A DNA stretch of 64,000 nucleotides from Candidatus Helarchaeota archaeon (GTDB lineage Archaea; Asgardarchaeota; Lokiarchaeia; Helarchaeales; RDOG01): the NCBI GenBank assembly GCA_019058315.1, contig JAHPZH010000001.1:663536-727535 (forward strand), in the 5' to 3' direction. How positions within the stretch are numbered: position 1 is the first letter of the stretch; each line of letters starts with the position of its first letter. Below, piece by piece: positions 51,503 through 61,982 of the stretch. The notes under the pieces were generated by a model that saw nothing but the letters and a program-made list of their open reading frames with translations, ran no database searches and was not told the DNA's origin. The translations under genes and the position numbers were made by a program.

Positions 51503-53338
51503 ATGTTAAAAGCAAATACAAAAAAAAATGCAATAAATCAATTGGAATTTTCTCCTGAAGAGGATAAATTCAAAGTCTATCGTGAAAAAGGAGTAAATAA
51601 TTGGATAATTGCCCACATTTTGAAAGGATCTAATAAATTAATTCTGATTTTAATGATTATTTTAATTATTGGGAGATCTTTACTTACTTCTGGTAATGTT
51701 GTAATAACTGGTGCCGCAATTTCCGAATTTATAAGCGGAAACACAGCAAATCTTGGATATTATGTATTAGTTATTTTATTATTGGGTATTGCAACTGCTG
51801 TAACACAGATATTAAATATTTATTTTCGTGAAGTTTTAGCACAAAGGATGGAAAGAGATACCCGAAGGGAGTTTTATACAAGTTTATTAGGTAAATCTCA
51901 AAGTTTTCATGATCTCCAAAGAATTGGCGATATTATGGCTAGAACTACTAATGATGTAAGAATGTTAAATTTTCTAATAAGCCCTGCTGTATCTTTAATT
52001 ATAGTAGCTGCTACAACTCTCGTAACCCCCATTATTTACATTATATTATATTATCCAATTGAATTAATTCTTACCCCAATCATATTTAATGTTTTATTTA
52101 TAATCACATTACGTGCTTATAGCAATAGACTAGCCCCTGTCACTGGAACATTACGAATGGAATTTGGATTAATGAATGCAAATTTAACAGAAAGCCTCGA
52201 AGGCATAGAAGTTGTAAAAGGTAGTACTCAAGAACAATTTGAGTTGAAAAAATACCTCTTGAATGCAAAAAAATATCGTGATGCATTTATTGAGCAGGGT
52301 TACATTCAAGCTAAATATCTACCTATACTATTTTTAGCTTTGGCAATGTCTGCCGGTTTTACACACTCAATAATTTTATTTTTGAATGGAGAAATTAATA
52401 TTGGTCAAATTATTTCATATTCAGGGTTACTAACACAGTTAAGTTTTCCCACATATATCTCAATTTGGGTTTTTATTATCGTTAAATTAGCGAAGGCAGG
52501 AGCGGAACGTTTAATTGAATTAATGAATCAAGAAACAGAAATTATGGAACCTATTGAAGGAATTACAAAGAAGATTAATGGAAATATAGAATTTAAAAAT
52601 GTATCATTCAAATATCCAAATACTGAAAAATTAGTTTTAAAAAATATTTCGTTCGAACTTAAATCAGGGCAAACGGTGGCTATTGTTGGAACAACAGGAT
52701 CTGGGAAAAGTACTCTTACAAAATTATTATCTCGTTTATATGATGTTTCCGAAGGTAAAATTTTAATAGATGACATAGACATCCGTGATTACACTCTAAA
52801 ATCTTTAAGAACACAAATTTCATATATTGAGCAAGATATTTTTTTATTTTCTACATCTGTACTTGAAAATATTTCATTTGGTAGAGCAGGTTCAATGGAA
52901 GAGGTTGTTCAAGTTTCTAAACAAGCACAAGCTCATGAATTCGTTACTGCTTTACCAAATAGTTATGAATCTGAAGTAGGAGAAAGAGGTGTACAATTAA
53001 GCGGGGGAGAGAAACAAAGAATTGCTATTGCGCGTTCCTTTCTTACAGATACTCCATTATTAGTTCTTGATGATTCTACATCTGCAATTGATTCCGATAC
53101 TGAAGATAAAATTCAACGTGCTATTAATATAGTAAGACGTGGTCGAACCACTTTTTTAGTTACTCATCGTTTAAGTCAGATCCGGTGGGCTGATTTAATC
53201 CTTGTCTTAAAATCAGGTCGATTAGTTGCCAAAGGTACACACGAAGAATTGATGGAGATTTCTCCAGAATACAAAAAGATTTTTGTTAAAAAATTTGATT
53301 TGCAAGTTACTACTCAATGTGAGGAGGAGGGAGTGTAA
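51503..53338 (+). CDS. Heterodimeric ABC exporter subunit (TMD+NBD, degenerate Walker B)
   Basis: GTTGSGKS, LSGGEKQR, LVLDDS, THR. Confidence 0.93.
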   Translation: MLKANTKKNAINQLEFSPEEDKFKVYREKGVNNWIIAHILKGSNKLILILMIILIIGRSLLTSGNVVITGAAISEFISGNTANLGYYVLVILLLGIATAVTQILNIYFREVLAQRMERDTRREFYTSLLGKSQSFHDLQRIGDIMARTTNDVRMLNFLISPAVSLIIVAATTLVTPIIYIILYYPIELILTPIIFNVLFIITLRAYSNRLAPVTGTLRMEFGLMNANLTESLEGIEVVKGSTQEQFELKKYLLNAKKYRDAFIEQGYIQAKYLPILFLALAMSAGFTHSIILFLNGEINIGQIISYSGLLTQLSFPTYISIWVFIIVKLAKAGAERLIELMNQETEIMEPIEGITKKINGNIEFKNVSFKYPNTEKLVLKNISFELKSGQTVAIVGTTGSGKSTLTKLLSRLYDVSEGKILIDDIDIRDYTLKSLRTQISYIEQDIFLFSTSVLENISFGRAGSMEEVVQVSKQAQAHEFVTALPNSYESEVGERGVQLSGGEKQRIAIARSFLTDTPLLVLDDSTSAIDSDTEDKIQRAINIVRRGRTTFLVTHRLSQIRWADLILVLKSGRLVAKGTHEELMEISPEYKKIFVKKFDLQVTTQCEEEGV

Positions 53339-55162
53339 ATGGCATTTTTTGGTCTTGAAGCTGAAGAATATGATCGTAAATATAAAGATATAGAGTTATC
53401 TAAAAGGATATTAAATTATTTCACTCCTTATAATCGAAAGTTAGTTATCGTCATTATATTCCTAACAGCATCATCCGTCTCAAGCGCTATGGGTCCTATC
53501 TTAGCCAGAACATTAGTAAATAATCTCGAAACAACTCGTGATATTTCCTATTTAATTTTGGTAGTTCTAATAATTTTTATTTTAAATATCATTGCATTTA
53601 TCTTCAATTATTTTCGACAAATAAATTCGGCTGCTGTTATAGGAAATGTTGTTTTTGATTTGAGAAAAGATGCTGTCACAGCAATCTTAGAAAGAGATCT
53701 TTCATTTTTTGACAAAAATCCAATTGGAAAAGTTGTTAGTAGAATAAATACTGATAGCAGAGATTTTGGGGAAGCAATAAACCTTTTTATGCAATTTATT
53801 TCATCCCTCTTGATAATGGTTATTATCATTTCATTTATGATTACGATAGATCTGATATTATTTATAATATTAGTATCTATAATTCCTTGTTTTTTCATTA
53901 TAGCACTTACTTTCAGGAAAGCGGCAAGAAAAGCAACACTATTAGGTCAAAGAGCTCTTGCAAGAGTAAATAGTTTTGTTCAAGAGAGTTTTGCTGGAAT
54001 TCAAGTAGCAAAGACATTTAGACAGGAGGCAAAACTTTACGAAAAATTTAACGAAATAAATAATCAAAGTTACAAAGTTAATTTAAAAAGAGGAGTAACA
54101 CTGACATCTATTTTCCCTACATTAAATATAGTTCAAGGTATTATTTTACCACTAATAATTTATTTTGGTGCTATTGCTTTAAGATTTGGTAATATTGGAA
54201 GCATCCTCGGACTAGGTCTTGGCGCTGGTGATTTCTATTTATTTATTCAAAGTCTTTGGCAACTCTTTTTTCCATTGTTAACAATTGCTAATTTTTGGCC
54301 ACAATTTCAGGCTGGGTTATCTGCAGCTGAAAGGATTTTCTCTATTATTGACACACCCCCAGAAGTTATTCAAACAGGGAACAAACAACCTGAACAATTA
54401 GGAGAAATTGAATTTAAGAATCTAACATTTATGTATGATGAAAATAAAAATGTTTTTGATAATTTCTCTCTAAAAGTTCGTCCAGGGGAATCAATTGCAA
54501 TAGTGGGTCATACTGGAGCTGGAAAATCGACGATGGCAAAACTTTTAACTAGATTCTATGAATTTCAAGAAGGAGATATTCTAATAGATAGTGTAAGTAT
54601 TCGAGATTTTGACCTTAAAGCATATCGAAAATTAATCGGTTTTATTCCACAAGATCCTTTTCTCTGGGGAGAAACTATCGAAAATAATATTAAATATGGG
54701 AAATCTAATGCACGAAACGAAGAGGTGATGTGGGCCCTTGATCAAGCAGGTGGTTCTGACTGGATTAATGATCTGGATAATGGCTTAAAAACGAAAGTTG
54801 GTGAAAGAGGAAAGTTATTATCAATGGGACAACGCCAATTAGTAGCCTTCGCTCGAGTATTGCTCGAAAACCCCTCCATCTTCATTCTAGACGAGGCAAC
54901 CGCATCCGTAGACCCATTTACTGAAACTCGTATTCAAGAAGCTCTCCAAACTATCCTAAAAGAACGCACTTCTATTATCATTGCTCATCGTCTATGGACA
55001 GTTCGCCATGTGGACCGAATAATAGTATTAGACCATGGAAAAATTGTTGAAGAAGGAAATCATGATGAGTTAATGAAGAAATGTGGGGTATATGCTAATC
55101 TCTATAATACCTATTTTAGACATCAATCACTTGATTACATCGAAAAAGCAAAAAATCTTTAG
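53339..55162 (+). CDS. Heterodimeric ABC exporter subunit (TMD+NBD, degenerate signature)
   Basis: GHTGAGKS, LSMGQRQ, ILDEAT, AHR; abuts the partner gene. Confidence 0.93.
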   Translation: MAFFGLEAEEYDRKYKDIELSKRILNYFTPYNRKLVIVIIFLTASSVSSAMGPILARTLVNNLETTRDISYLILVVLIIFILNIIAFIFNYFRQINSAAVIGNVVFDLRKDAVTAILERDLSFFDKNPIGKVVSRINTDSRDFGEAINLFMQFISSLLIMVIIISFMITIDLILFIILVSIIPCFFIIALTFRKAARKATLLGQRALARVNSFVQESFAGIQVAKTFRQEAKLYEKFNEINNQSYKVNLKRGVTLTSIFPTLNIVQGIILPLIIYFGAIALRFGNIGSILGLGLGAGDFYLFIQSLWQLFFPLLTIANFWPQFQAGLSAAERIFSIIDTPPEVIQTGNKQPEQLGEIEFKNLTFMYDENKNVFDNFSLKVRPGESIAIVGHTGAGKSTMAKLLTRFYEFQEGDILIDSVSIRDFDLKAYRKLIGFIPQDPFLWGETIENNIKYGKSNARNEEVMWALDQAGGSDWINDLDNGLKTKVGERGKLLSMGQRQLVAFARVLLENPSIFILDEATASVDPFTETRIQEALQTILKERTSIIIAHRLWTVRHVDRIIVLDHGKIVEEGNHDELMKKCGVYANLYNTYFRHQSLDYIEKAKNL

Positions 55163-55193
55163 AAATATTGGGTGTATTTAATTCTAATTATAA

Positions 55194-56300
55194 TTACGGG
55201 TTTTTTCTTATAGCTTTTATTATAGAAATTATAAATAATATAACTCCGATTCCAATTCCAAGAATAACACCAAATAAAAAGAATAAAAAAGAAAAATCCG
55301 GAATAAACTTAATCAATGTGGATGTTAATGTAAAGGTAAAAGCTAAAATAATGAATAATTTCCAGGAAAATTCAATTGGTGGCTTATAATTTTCTTTTAT
55401 CAATTGTTCTTTAGATTTTCTAAGATTAAGATAAAATAAAATGAATATAATAGCATATAATATCCAAATTATTATTTGTGAACCAATATCGGGAAGGGCT
55501 TCAGGTCTTATTATAATACCAGTAATTAAATATAATATTATTGTAAAAACAAGAAGAATAAAGAATTGCTTTTGATTTGGTAATAATTGATACATGGTAA
55601 ATTTCACTCCACCAGTTTTCTTTCTCCAAATTAATACTAATATCCCAAGAATTATAGTTAAAGTGAATCCAGATAGTAATGAATGTGCAGGTTTAAACGA
55701 ATTAATACTTTGGAATCCACCGCACCATAGCGCAAATAATATTAGTATTAAATAGCTTTTTCTCTTTGAACTGAATAAATTTTGAACTTTTTCTGGGGCA
55801 TAGTTCATTATATCTCTTGATTTAGTAAGCAAATTTTCAGAACATAATAAAGGAATTATAAAAGCAAAAAATGCATGCCACCAAAAAACTAAAAGAAAGA
55901 ACTCGAAAACAGCTATTCCACCCAATTTAAAAGTGTTAGGTGCCCAATAAGGTTCCCAAAGAACCTTGGTAATATAAGCTTCATACATTCCATATATCAT
56001 ACCAGCTAAAAAAAGTGTATAAATATTCGGTTTTCCATGATTAAACACTATATATGATAAGACTAGTATATGAAGAGTGTATAATGGAAAAGTCACACAT
56101 AAACTCCATAGATCATAATAAGGTAACATTGTAGCCCCTGAAATAACTTCGGCAAATAGAAACGAAAAATTCCCTAAAATAATCCAAAAAAACAACTTCA
56201 ATTTTTTAGATGGTTCTAGTTCAATCATGTTTATTTCATAAGTAACATTATCAAATTCATTCTTTGAATTTTTATTATCTACAACATCCAAAATTATCAC
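55194..56300 (-). CDS. Hypothetical multi-pass membrane protein
   Basis: About 10 TMs; FAEVISG, YGMYEAYITKVLW, WWHA. Confidence 0.75.
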   Translation of the reverse strand: MIILDVVDNKNSKNEFDNVTYEINMIELEPSKKLKLFFWIILGNFSFLFAEVISGATMLPYYDLWSLCVTFPLYTLHILVLSYIVFNHGKPNIYTLFLAGMIYGMYEAYITKVLWEPYWAPNTFKLGGIAVFEFFLLVFWWHAFFAFIIPLLCSENLLTKSRDIMNYAPEKVQNLFSSKRKSYLILILFALWCGGFQSINSFKPAHSLLSGFTLTIILGILVLIWRKKTGGVKFTMYQLLPNQKQFFILLVFTIILYLITGIIIRPEALPDIGSQIIIWILYAIIFILFYLNLRKSKEQLIKENYKPPIEFSWKLFIILAFTFTLTSTLIKFIPDFSFLFFLFGVILGIGIGVILFIISIIKAIRKNP

Positions 56301-56438
56301 TATAAAATTAGATAGTTCCTAACATGGAAATCCCACTAATTATTAAAATAATACATATGATGATAATAATAACAATTGAATTAATTAATTCCTCCTTATT
56401 TTTCAATTTTTTGACTCCCATTGAATATAAGAGATAAT

Positions 56439-57233
56439 TTAATAATCTAAAACCGTCCCGCAATATTCACATTCACAAGGTGGTTTTTTTCTTAAAGGTG
56501 CATGGCATGCAGGACATTTTTTGATTAATATTTTTCTTTTTAGTCTTCTCTTTGATACTGCTTGAGATATATCTCTATATGGTCTTCTCTCGATAGGTTC
56601 ATATGAACTATATTGCGAACTCCTTCTTTTTTCTTCTTTTGAGTTTTCATAAAAAGCAAATTGAAAAATTATACCTACAATACCAATAAGAATCATAAAA
56701 AATCCAATAATTACTGTTGACGAATAAGGTTTAAGAAGTTCATATAATATTGTAGTCATAAGAAGAATATCCTCATTTGAGGATGATGAAAATAATAATA
56801 GAAATATCATAATCCTAAAACTGTTTACAGAAAATCTGTTCCTTTGGGAGTAAAAAATGTTTACTCCTCCGATTATTATTGAGACTATACAAATTATAAT
56901 TAATATAGGTTTAAGAACTGTTTTTTGCCGTTTTGTTAATTTAGAGCTAAGAAATGAATGACTTTTACCAGTTATAATAAGAAAACCAATAATTCCTATA
57001 ATATTTATTACAATTCCCGCAATAAATATATTATTATTAGGTCTCGATTCGTTATATATTGCTACTAAAACTGCCCAATTCATACTTTGTTCAAATAGTA
57101 AATAACCAGATAACAATTCTAATTCGTTACTTGTTTTAATGACAAATATTATTACATTTATTCCACCAATTACTAATAAAACCATTATAATGATTCCGAT
57201 AAATAAAAGAAATATTTTTTGCCAATCTTTCAT
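56439..57233 (-). CDS. Membrane protein with C-terminal zinc ribbon, tandem family member (2 modules)
   Basis: 4 long TMs; tail CPACHAPLRKKPPCECEYCG. Confidence 0.85.
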   Translation of the reverse strand: MKDWQKIFLLFIGIIIMVLLVIGGINVIIFVIKTSNELELLSGYLLFEQSMNWAVLVAIYNESRPNNNIFIAGIVINIIGIIGFLIITGKSHSFLSSKLTKRQKTVLKPILIIICIVSIIIGGVNIFYSQRNRFSVNSFRIMIFLLLFSSSSNEDILLMTTILYELLKPYSSTVIIGFFMILIGIVGIIFQFAFYENSKEEKRRSSQYSSYEPIERRPYRDISQAVSKRRLKRKILIKKCPACHAPLRKKPPCECEYCGTVLDY

Positions 57234-57290
57234 TTTTTTCTATTCCTTCTTCATAAAATTATTTTAGAATAATAATAATCTCTTACTTTT

Positions 57291-57448
57291 TTATCCAACA
57301 AGTCTTCCACAATATTCACATTCACAAGGAGGAGAATTCATTAATGGGTTTATTTCATTTAACAATTGATCCACAATATTCGCCTTCACAAAGTAGTTTC
57401 TTTCTTAAGGAGGCATGACAAGTATGACATTTTGAAAGGGTTATTTTT
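57291..57448 (-). pseudogene. Two orphan zinc-ribbon 3' gene remnants
   Basis: Translate as KITLSKCHTCHASLRKKLLCEGEYCGSIVK* (57355-57448) and NPLMNSPPCECEYCGRLVG* (57291-57350). Confidence 0.75.
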
Positions 57449-57505
57449 TATATATTTTATTATTATCAATTTTTTTTGGCTACCTAATTGAATATCATAA
57501 ATAAT

Positions 57506-58282
57506 TTAATAATCTAAAACCGTTCCGCAATATTCGCATTCACAAGGTGGTTTTTTTCTTAAAGGCGCATGACATGCAGGACATTTTTTGATTGTTATTT
57601 TTCTTTTTGGTCTTCTTTTATATAGTTCTTGAGATATAGCCCTATATGGACTTATCCCAATTGGTTCATATCTTCTGTATCGTGAACTCCTTCTTACTAT
57701 TTTTCCTGAAGATTTATAAAAACTTAATTGAAAAAATAGAGTTGCCACTCCAATTATAGAAGTCACAATTCCAATAATTTGAGGTGAAGAATAGGGATTA
57801 AGTGAGTTAAGCAAAAATAAAATAATTAATCCAAAATCTACATCAAATAATATTATTATTAAACCATAAATATTTAATCTTTGTTTCGCATTTTGCATAA
57901 TAAAAAATAAGCTTACTCCACCTATCAACATGACTAAACTAATTATTATTAAAATAGGTTTAAGTATTGATTTTTGTCTTTCACTTAATTTAGAATTCAG
58001 ATGCGAATGACTTTTACCTGTTATAATAAAAAATCCAACAACACCTATACCAATTAATACAATTCCCGTAATAAACATATTGCGATTAGGTCTAGATCCG
58101 CTATAAAATCCTACTATAACCGCTAATTCATAATTTTTTTCAAATAAGAAATAACCCGAAAAAAACCCTAATTCGTCTTTCGTTTTAATGACAAATATTA
58201 TTGCATTTATTCCACCAATTACTAATAAAACCATTATAATGATCCCGATAACTAAAAGAAATATTTTTTGCCAATCTTTCAT
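57506..58282 (-). CDS. Membrane protein with C-terminal zinc ribbon, tandem family member (2 modules)
   Basis: Near-identical N-terminus and identical C-terminal tail to 56439..57233. Confidence 0.85.
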   Translation of the reverse strand: MKDWQKIFLLVIGIIIMVLLVIGGINAIIFVIKTKDELGFFSGYFLFEKNYELAVIVGFYSGSRPNRNMFITGIVLIGIGVVGFFIITGKSHSHLNSKLSERQKSILKPILIIISLVMLIGGVSLFFIMQNAKQRLNIYGLIIILFDVDFGLIILFLLNSLNPYSSPQIIGIVTSIIGVATLFFQLSFYKSSGKIVRRSSRYRRYEPIGISPYRAISQELYKRRPKRKITIKKCPACHAPLRKKPPCECEYCGTVLDY

Positions 58283-58403
58283 TTTTTTCTATTCCTTCTT
58301 CATAAAATTACTTTAGAATAATAAAGAATTCTTACTTTTTTATCTAACAAGTCTTTCACAATATTAACATTCATTAGGAGGAAAATTCCTTAAGAGTTTT
58401 ATT

Positions 58404-59471
58404 TTATTTAACAATTGATCCGCAATATTCGCATTCACAAGGTGGTTTCTTTCTTAGGGGGGCATGACAAGCAGGACATTTTGAGAGGGTTAATTTTTTT
58501 TGTGGTCGCCTCCTGATTATTGGACCTGGTCGATATTTCCGATAATCTGTTGCTGGGTAGGCATAAGATGTTGATAAAGCTTGTATTGCTGGATATTTAT
58601 AAATTATTATTGAGACTACCGAACCTAAAACACCAATAACTGTCATTAGAATTCCAGAAATGAATTCTGGTGAATATGATTGAAATCCCATTCCTATTAT
58701 TATTAGTATTTCCACTAGAGATTCCAAATTAATATATATTGATGTTATTAACAAAATAGTCAATTTTTTAGTTTTTTGTTGAAAACCTAATATTGTCGCA
58801 ATTCCAATAATTAATGAAATAATACAAATTATAATTATTATTATTATAAATCCTAAAATTTGTCGATCCTCGAATTTGGAGTGAAAATCTGGACTTTTTC
58901 TTATAGTTGAAATGCACGTAGCTGCAATTCCAAATCCCGTCATCACAATTCCAATAATAAATGTTGAGTAATGAGGTTTAAGCCCATCATAAACAGCTCC
59001 TAAAAACACCATTTCTTTACTTCCTTCATTAATGATAATTAATGCCATTATAAGAGATGAGGATTCACGGCGGTTTTGAACAGAATTTAATAACATATTA
59101 ATTCCAGTAATCGCCAAAATGATGCAGATTATAATAAAAATAATCGTGATTATATTCTTTTGATGATCATCCAAATTGGAATATAAATCTGGACCTTTGG
59201 TAATTGTTAAAACGAATGTACCTACAATTCCAAGAATGATCATTATCATCCCTGCAATATAAATCGGTAAATGAGGGTTCATTACATTATAAATTAGTCC
59301 TAACAAGAAAAAACCTTCCTTGGCATTGGTAAAGAATATTGATGTTACGATAAGAGATTCCATTAATGTCTTTGTTTCGAATGAACTAGTTATTGTTGTA
59401 ATTCCTATTATTATTAAAAAAACAAAGATGACAAGAGCTAAGATAATAAGAGATACTTCTTTTCTATTCAA
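58404..59471 (-). CDS. Membrane protein with C-terminal zinc ribbon, tandem family member (3 modules)
   Basis: Three repeated TM-hairpin modules; tail CPACHAPLRKKPPCECEYCG; TTG start after GGAGG. Confidence 0.85.
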   Translation of the reverse strand: MNRKEVSLIILALVIFVFLIIIGITTITSSFETKTLMESLIVTSIFFTNAKEGFFLLGLIYNVMNPHLPIYIAGMIMIILGIVGTFVLTITKGPDLYSNLDDHQKNIITIIFIIICIILAITGINMLLNSVQNRRESSSLIMALIIINEGSKEMVFLGAVYDGLKPHYSTFIIGIVMTGFGIAATCISTIRKSPDFHSKFEDRQILGFIIIIIIICIISLIIGIATILGFQQKTKKLTILLITSIYINLESLVEILIIIGMGFQSYSPEFISGILMTVIGVLGSVVSIIIYKYPAIQALSTSYAYPATDYRKYRPGPIIRRRPQKKLTLSKCPACHAPLRKKPPCECEYCGSIVK

Positions 59472-59527
59472 TATATTTTTTCCTCCTTTCTTATATGAAG
59501 ATTTTAAATAGGATAATTATCATTCTA

Positions 59528-60007
59528 CTATCCAATTAATCTTCCACAATATTCACATTCACAAGGTGGTGATTTTCTTAAAGGTGCTTTACAAGCTGGA
59601 CAAAATGTTATCTCAATTTTCTTTCTTTTTCTTACCCTGAATATACTTCTTGGTTTAATATGTTGATAACTTGAATAAACTGGTTTAGAGCGGGTTTTAT
59701 TAAAAATTATTAATGAAACGAATAATACAATTACACTTATTATAATCATTGCAACTCCAGAAACGAAATTTGAATAATATGGACCTTCTCCAAACATTAA
59801 GTACATACTATAAAAAAACATAAAATTAAATACATCATCAAATGTATCACTAAATGGATCAATAAAAATCGGTAAAATAAATGTTAAATTCATTAGTTGC
59901 ATTCTACCTCTGAAAGCATTTACGACAGTTACTATTCCAATAATTATAAAAATAATACAAATTATTATTATAGCCCCTAAAATTATATTTTTTATTTCAT
60001 TTTTCAA
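59528..60007 (-). CDS. Membrane protein with C-terminal zinc ribbon, tandem family member (1 module)
   Basis: One module; tail CPACKAPLRKSPPCECEYCG. Confidence 0.85.
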   Translation of the reverse strand: MKNEIKNIILGAIIIICIIFIIIGIVTVVNAFRGRMQLMNLTFILPIFIDPFSDTFDDVFNFMFFYSMYLMFGEGPYYSNFVSGVAMIIISVIVLFVSLIIFNKTRSKPVYSSYQHIKPRSIFRVRKRKKIEITFCPACKAPLRKSPPCECEYCGRLIG

Positions 60008-60201
60008 GTTTTTAAACTCCCAATAACTCCATCACATAGAATCATCATAAAATTAAAAATTTAAATATATTGAATTAGGAATTTATTAATTCATTTTAAT
60101 GATTTGAATTTATATTAATTTTTCAAATCACTAAATTATTGAATTATAAAATCAAATTACGGAATATATAGAATAAAATAAGAACTTTTTTATATCTATT
60201 T

Positions 60202-60831
60202 TTATTTCAATATTTTTCCAGTTTCCATATACCAAAGATATAGATCTAATTCCCCAAGAGTCAAATTCAATTCTCCTGCCATCTTCTTTAATATTTCTTC
60301 GATTTGTAAATATTTTGTTTTGGATAAAGATTTTGGTTTTTCATCAATTAATTTATTCTTAATCAATAAATCAATTATATGGAAATCAATTATAGCGAGA
60401 TTTTTAAAACCGATATTTCTTAAAAAATGGCTAGCTTCTTTGTAACCTAAACCTTTAATGTTTTTAACTAACCAATTTCTCAATTCATTCTCATTTTCAT
60501 AGGAATTAATAATTTTTTTTATATTGTCTTTATATTTCCTACTAACATCGATATAATTGGCTCGTTTGTTATAGAAACGATATTTAACCTTTTTTAAACA
60601 TTTTGCTAGTTCCGCTTCTTGAAGAGTTAGAAAGTCATCACCAATTTCATCTTGCACCCTGATACACATTTCTGCACTACAGTTGGCGGTCATTATGCAA
60701 AAACAAAGCTCCTTAAAAATTTCATTAGACTCTTTTTCCCCCAATTCCTGAAACTCTCTGATACGATTATCTACTAATTCTTTAATGTTACTTTGTTTTA
60801 ATTCTTGAATGAATTCTAATAAGTCTTGCAT
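60202..60831 (-). CDS. ogg: 8-oxoguanine N-glycosylase/DNA lyase (Ogg2 type)
   Basis: FKELCFCIMTAN, RFYNKRA, KGLGYKEASHFLRNIG, AIIDFHI, ELDLYLWYMETGKILK. Confidence 0.95.
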   Translation of the reverse strand: MQDLLEFIQELKQSNIKELVDNRIREFQELGEKESNEIFKELCFCIMTANCSAEMCIRVQDEIGDDFLTLQEAELAKCLKKVKYRFYNKRANYIDVSRKYKDNIKKIINSYENENELRNWLVKNIKGLGYKEASHFLRNIGFKNLAIIDFHIIDLLIKNKLIDEKPKSLSKTKYLQIEEILKKMAGELNLTLGELDLYLWYMETGKILK

Positions 60832-60952
60832 TAAGTGTTTAAGATAAAATTCATTTAAATTGTCTTTTATATAGTAATTTCATTTTTATTCTGCTCTCTA
60901 CTGATTTATATCTAAATTCAACAAGTTCTATATAGTAATGAAATAGGAAATA

Positions 60953-61930
60953 GTGTTAATGAATCAAGTTTATATCGGTTGTGGAGGATGGGCATATGCT
61001 GATTTTGGAGATTCTCCAGGGACCCAGCTAGATAATTATGCTAAATTATTTAATTTTGTTGAAGTAAATTCGACATTTTACAGTCTTCCAAAGATAACAC
61101 AATGTGAAAGATGGAGGAATACAGTTCCTGCGGACTTTTCGTTTGCTGTAAAATGTAATAGGGGAATATCGCATCTTGGTCTTCTTAAACCAAGTAATCA
61201 GCTAATTAGACTTCTTAAGAAAATGACAGAAATTTGTAAAAAGTTAGAAGCTATAGCATTAATTATTCAAACTCCAAATAATTTTCTAAAAAAGCCACAG
61301 AACTTAAAAAATGCAAACGATTTATTTACGAGCATCGAATCATCTATTGATTTAGTATGGGAAATCCGGGGATATCAGCAATTTCCTCAATTACAATCTG
61401 AATTAAAGCAAATTCTTACGCAGCATAATATTTCACATTGTACTGATATTTCCAAAGATATTCCCCTTTATACAGCCAATTTAGCTTATACCAGACTCTT
61501 TGGCCAAGGAGAACAAAATATGTGGCAATTTGATGATAATGAAATCAAGCAAGTTCATAACAAAGTAGAAAATCTAAGAAAAGAAAAAAAAGTAGCTGTA
61601 ACATTCCATACGATGCGAATGGAAAGAGATACTGCACGATATCAAGAATTTTCAAATAATAATGTCTTAATCCCTACCACTGATTCTATCGGCTTAGAGT
61701 CTATCATGGATGTATTAAAAGAATATAATAAGTTTCCAATTACAAAAAAAGAATTACTGGATGCACATGGTTGGAAATTAATTGATTTAACTCCTCATTT
61801 GAGGATCAGAGCATCAAAACTGCTTAATAAATTACCAAATACGAAATATACCAGTTTTCAGTTCATAGAGGATCATTTGCGAAATATATTAGGTCAAATT
61901 AATCAGAAAAAATTAGATCACTTCTTTTAA
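60953..61930 (+). CDS. DUF72 family protein (divergent) with C-terminal extension and PIP box
   Basis: IGCGGWAY, FNFVEVNSTFY, FAVKC...ISH, IQTP, WEIRG, YTRLFG; ends QKKLDHFF. Confidence 0.88.
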   Translation: MLMNQVYIGCGGWAYADFGDSPGTQLDNYAKLFNFVEVNSTFYSLPKITQCERWRNTVPADFSFAVKCNRGISHLGLLKPSNQLIRLLKKMTEICKKLEAIALIIQTPNNFLKKPQNLKNANDLFTSIESSIDLVWEIRGYQQFPQLQSELKQILTQHNISHCTDISKDIPLYTANLAYTRLFGQGEQNMWQFDDNEIKQVHNKVENLRKEKKVAVTFHTMRMERDTARYQEFSNNNVLIPTTDSIGLESIMDVLKEYNKFPITKKELLDAHGWKLIDLTPHLRIRASKLLNKLPNTKYTSFQFIEDHLRNILGQINQKKLDHFF

Positions 61931-61982
61931 GACTATTTTCTCCTCTTAAAATCATATAATGAAAATAAAAAAAAAAGAATGT

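Larger units (their letters stand above)
56400..58500. repeat. About 1.05-kb tandem duplication (approx. 56400-57449 and 57467-58500)
   Basis: 57134-57449 aligns with 58183-58500, including intergenic DNA; 56400-56560 aligns with 57467-57630; the middles are diverged. Confidence 0.8.

Noticed and set aside
51503-55162. Degenerate ABC motifs (DD, LSMGQ) as a sign of pseudogenisation or novelty
   Set aside because: This asymmetry is normal for heterodimeric exporters such as TM287/288 and TmrAB.
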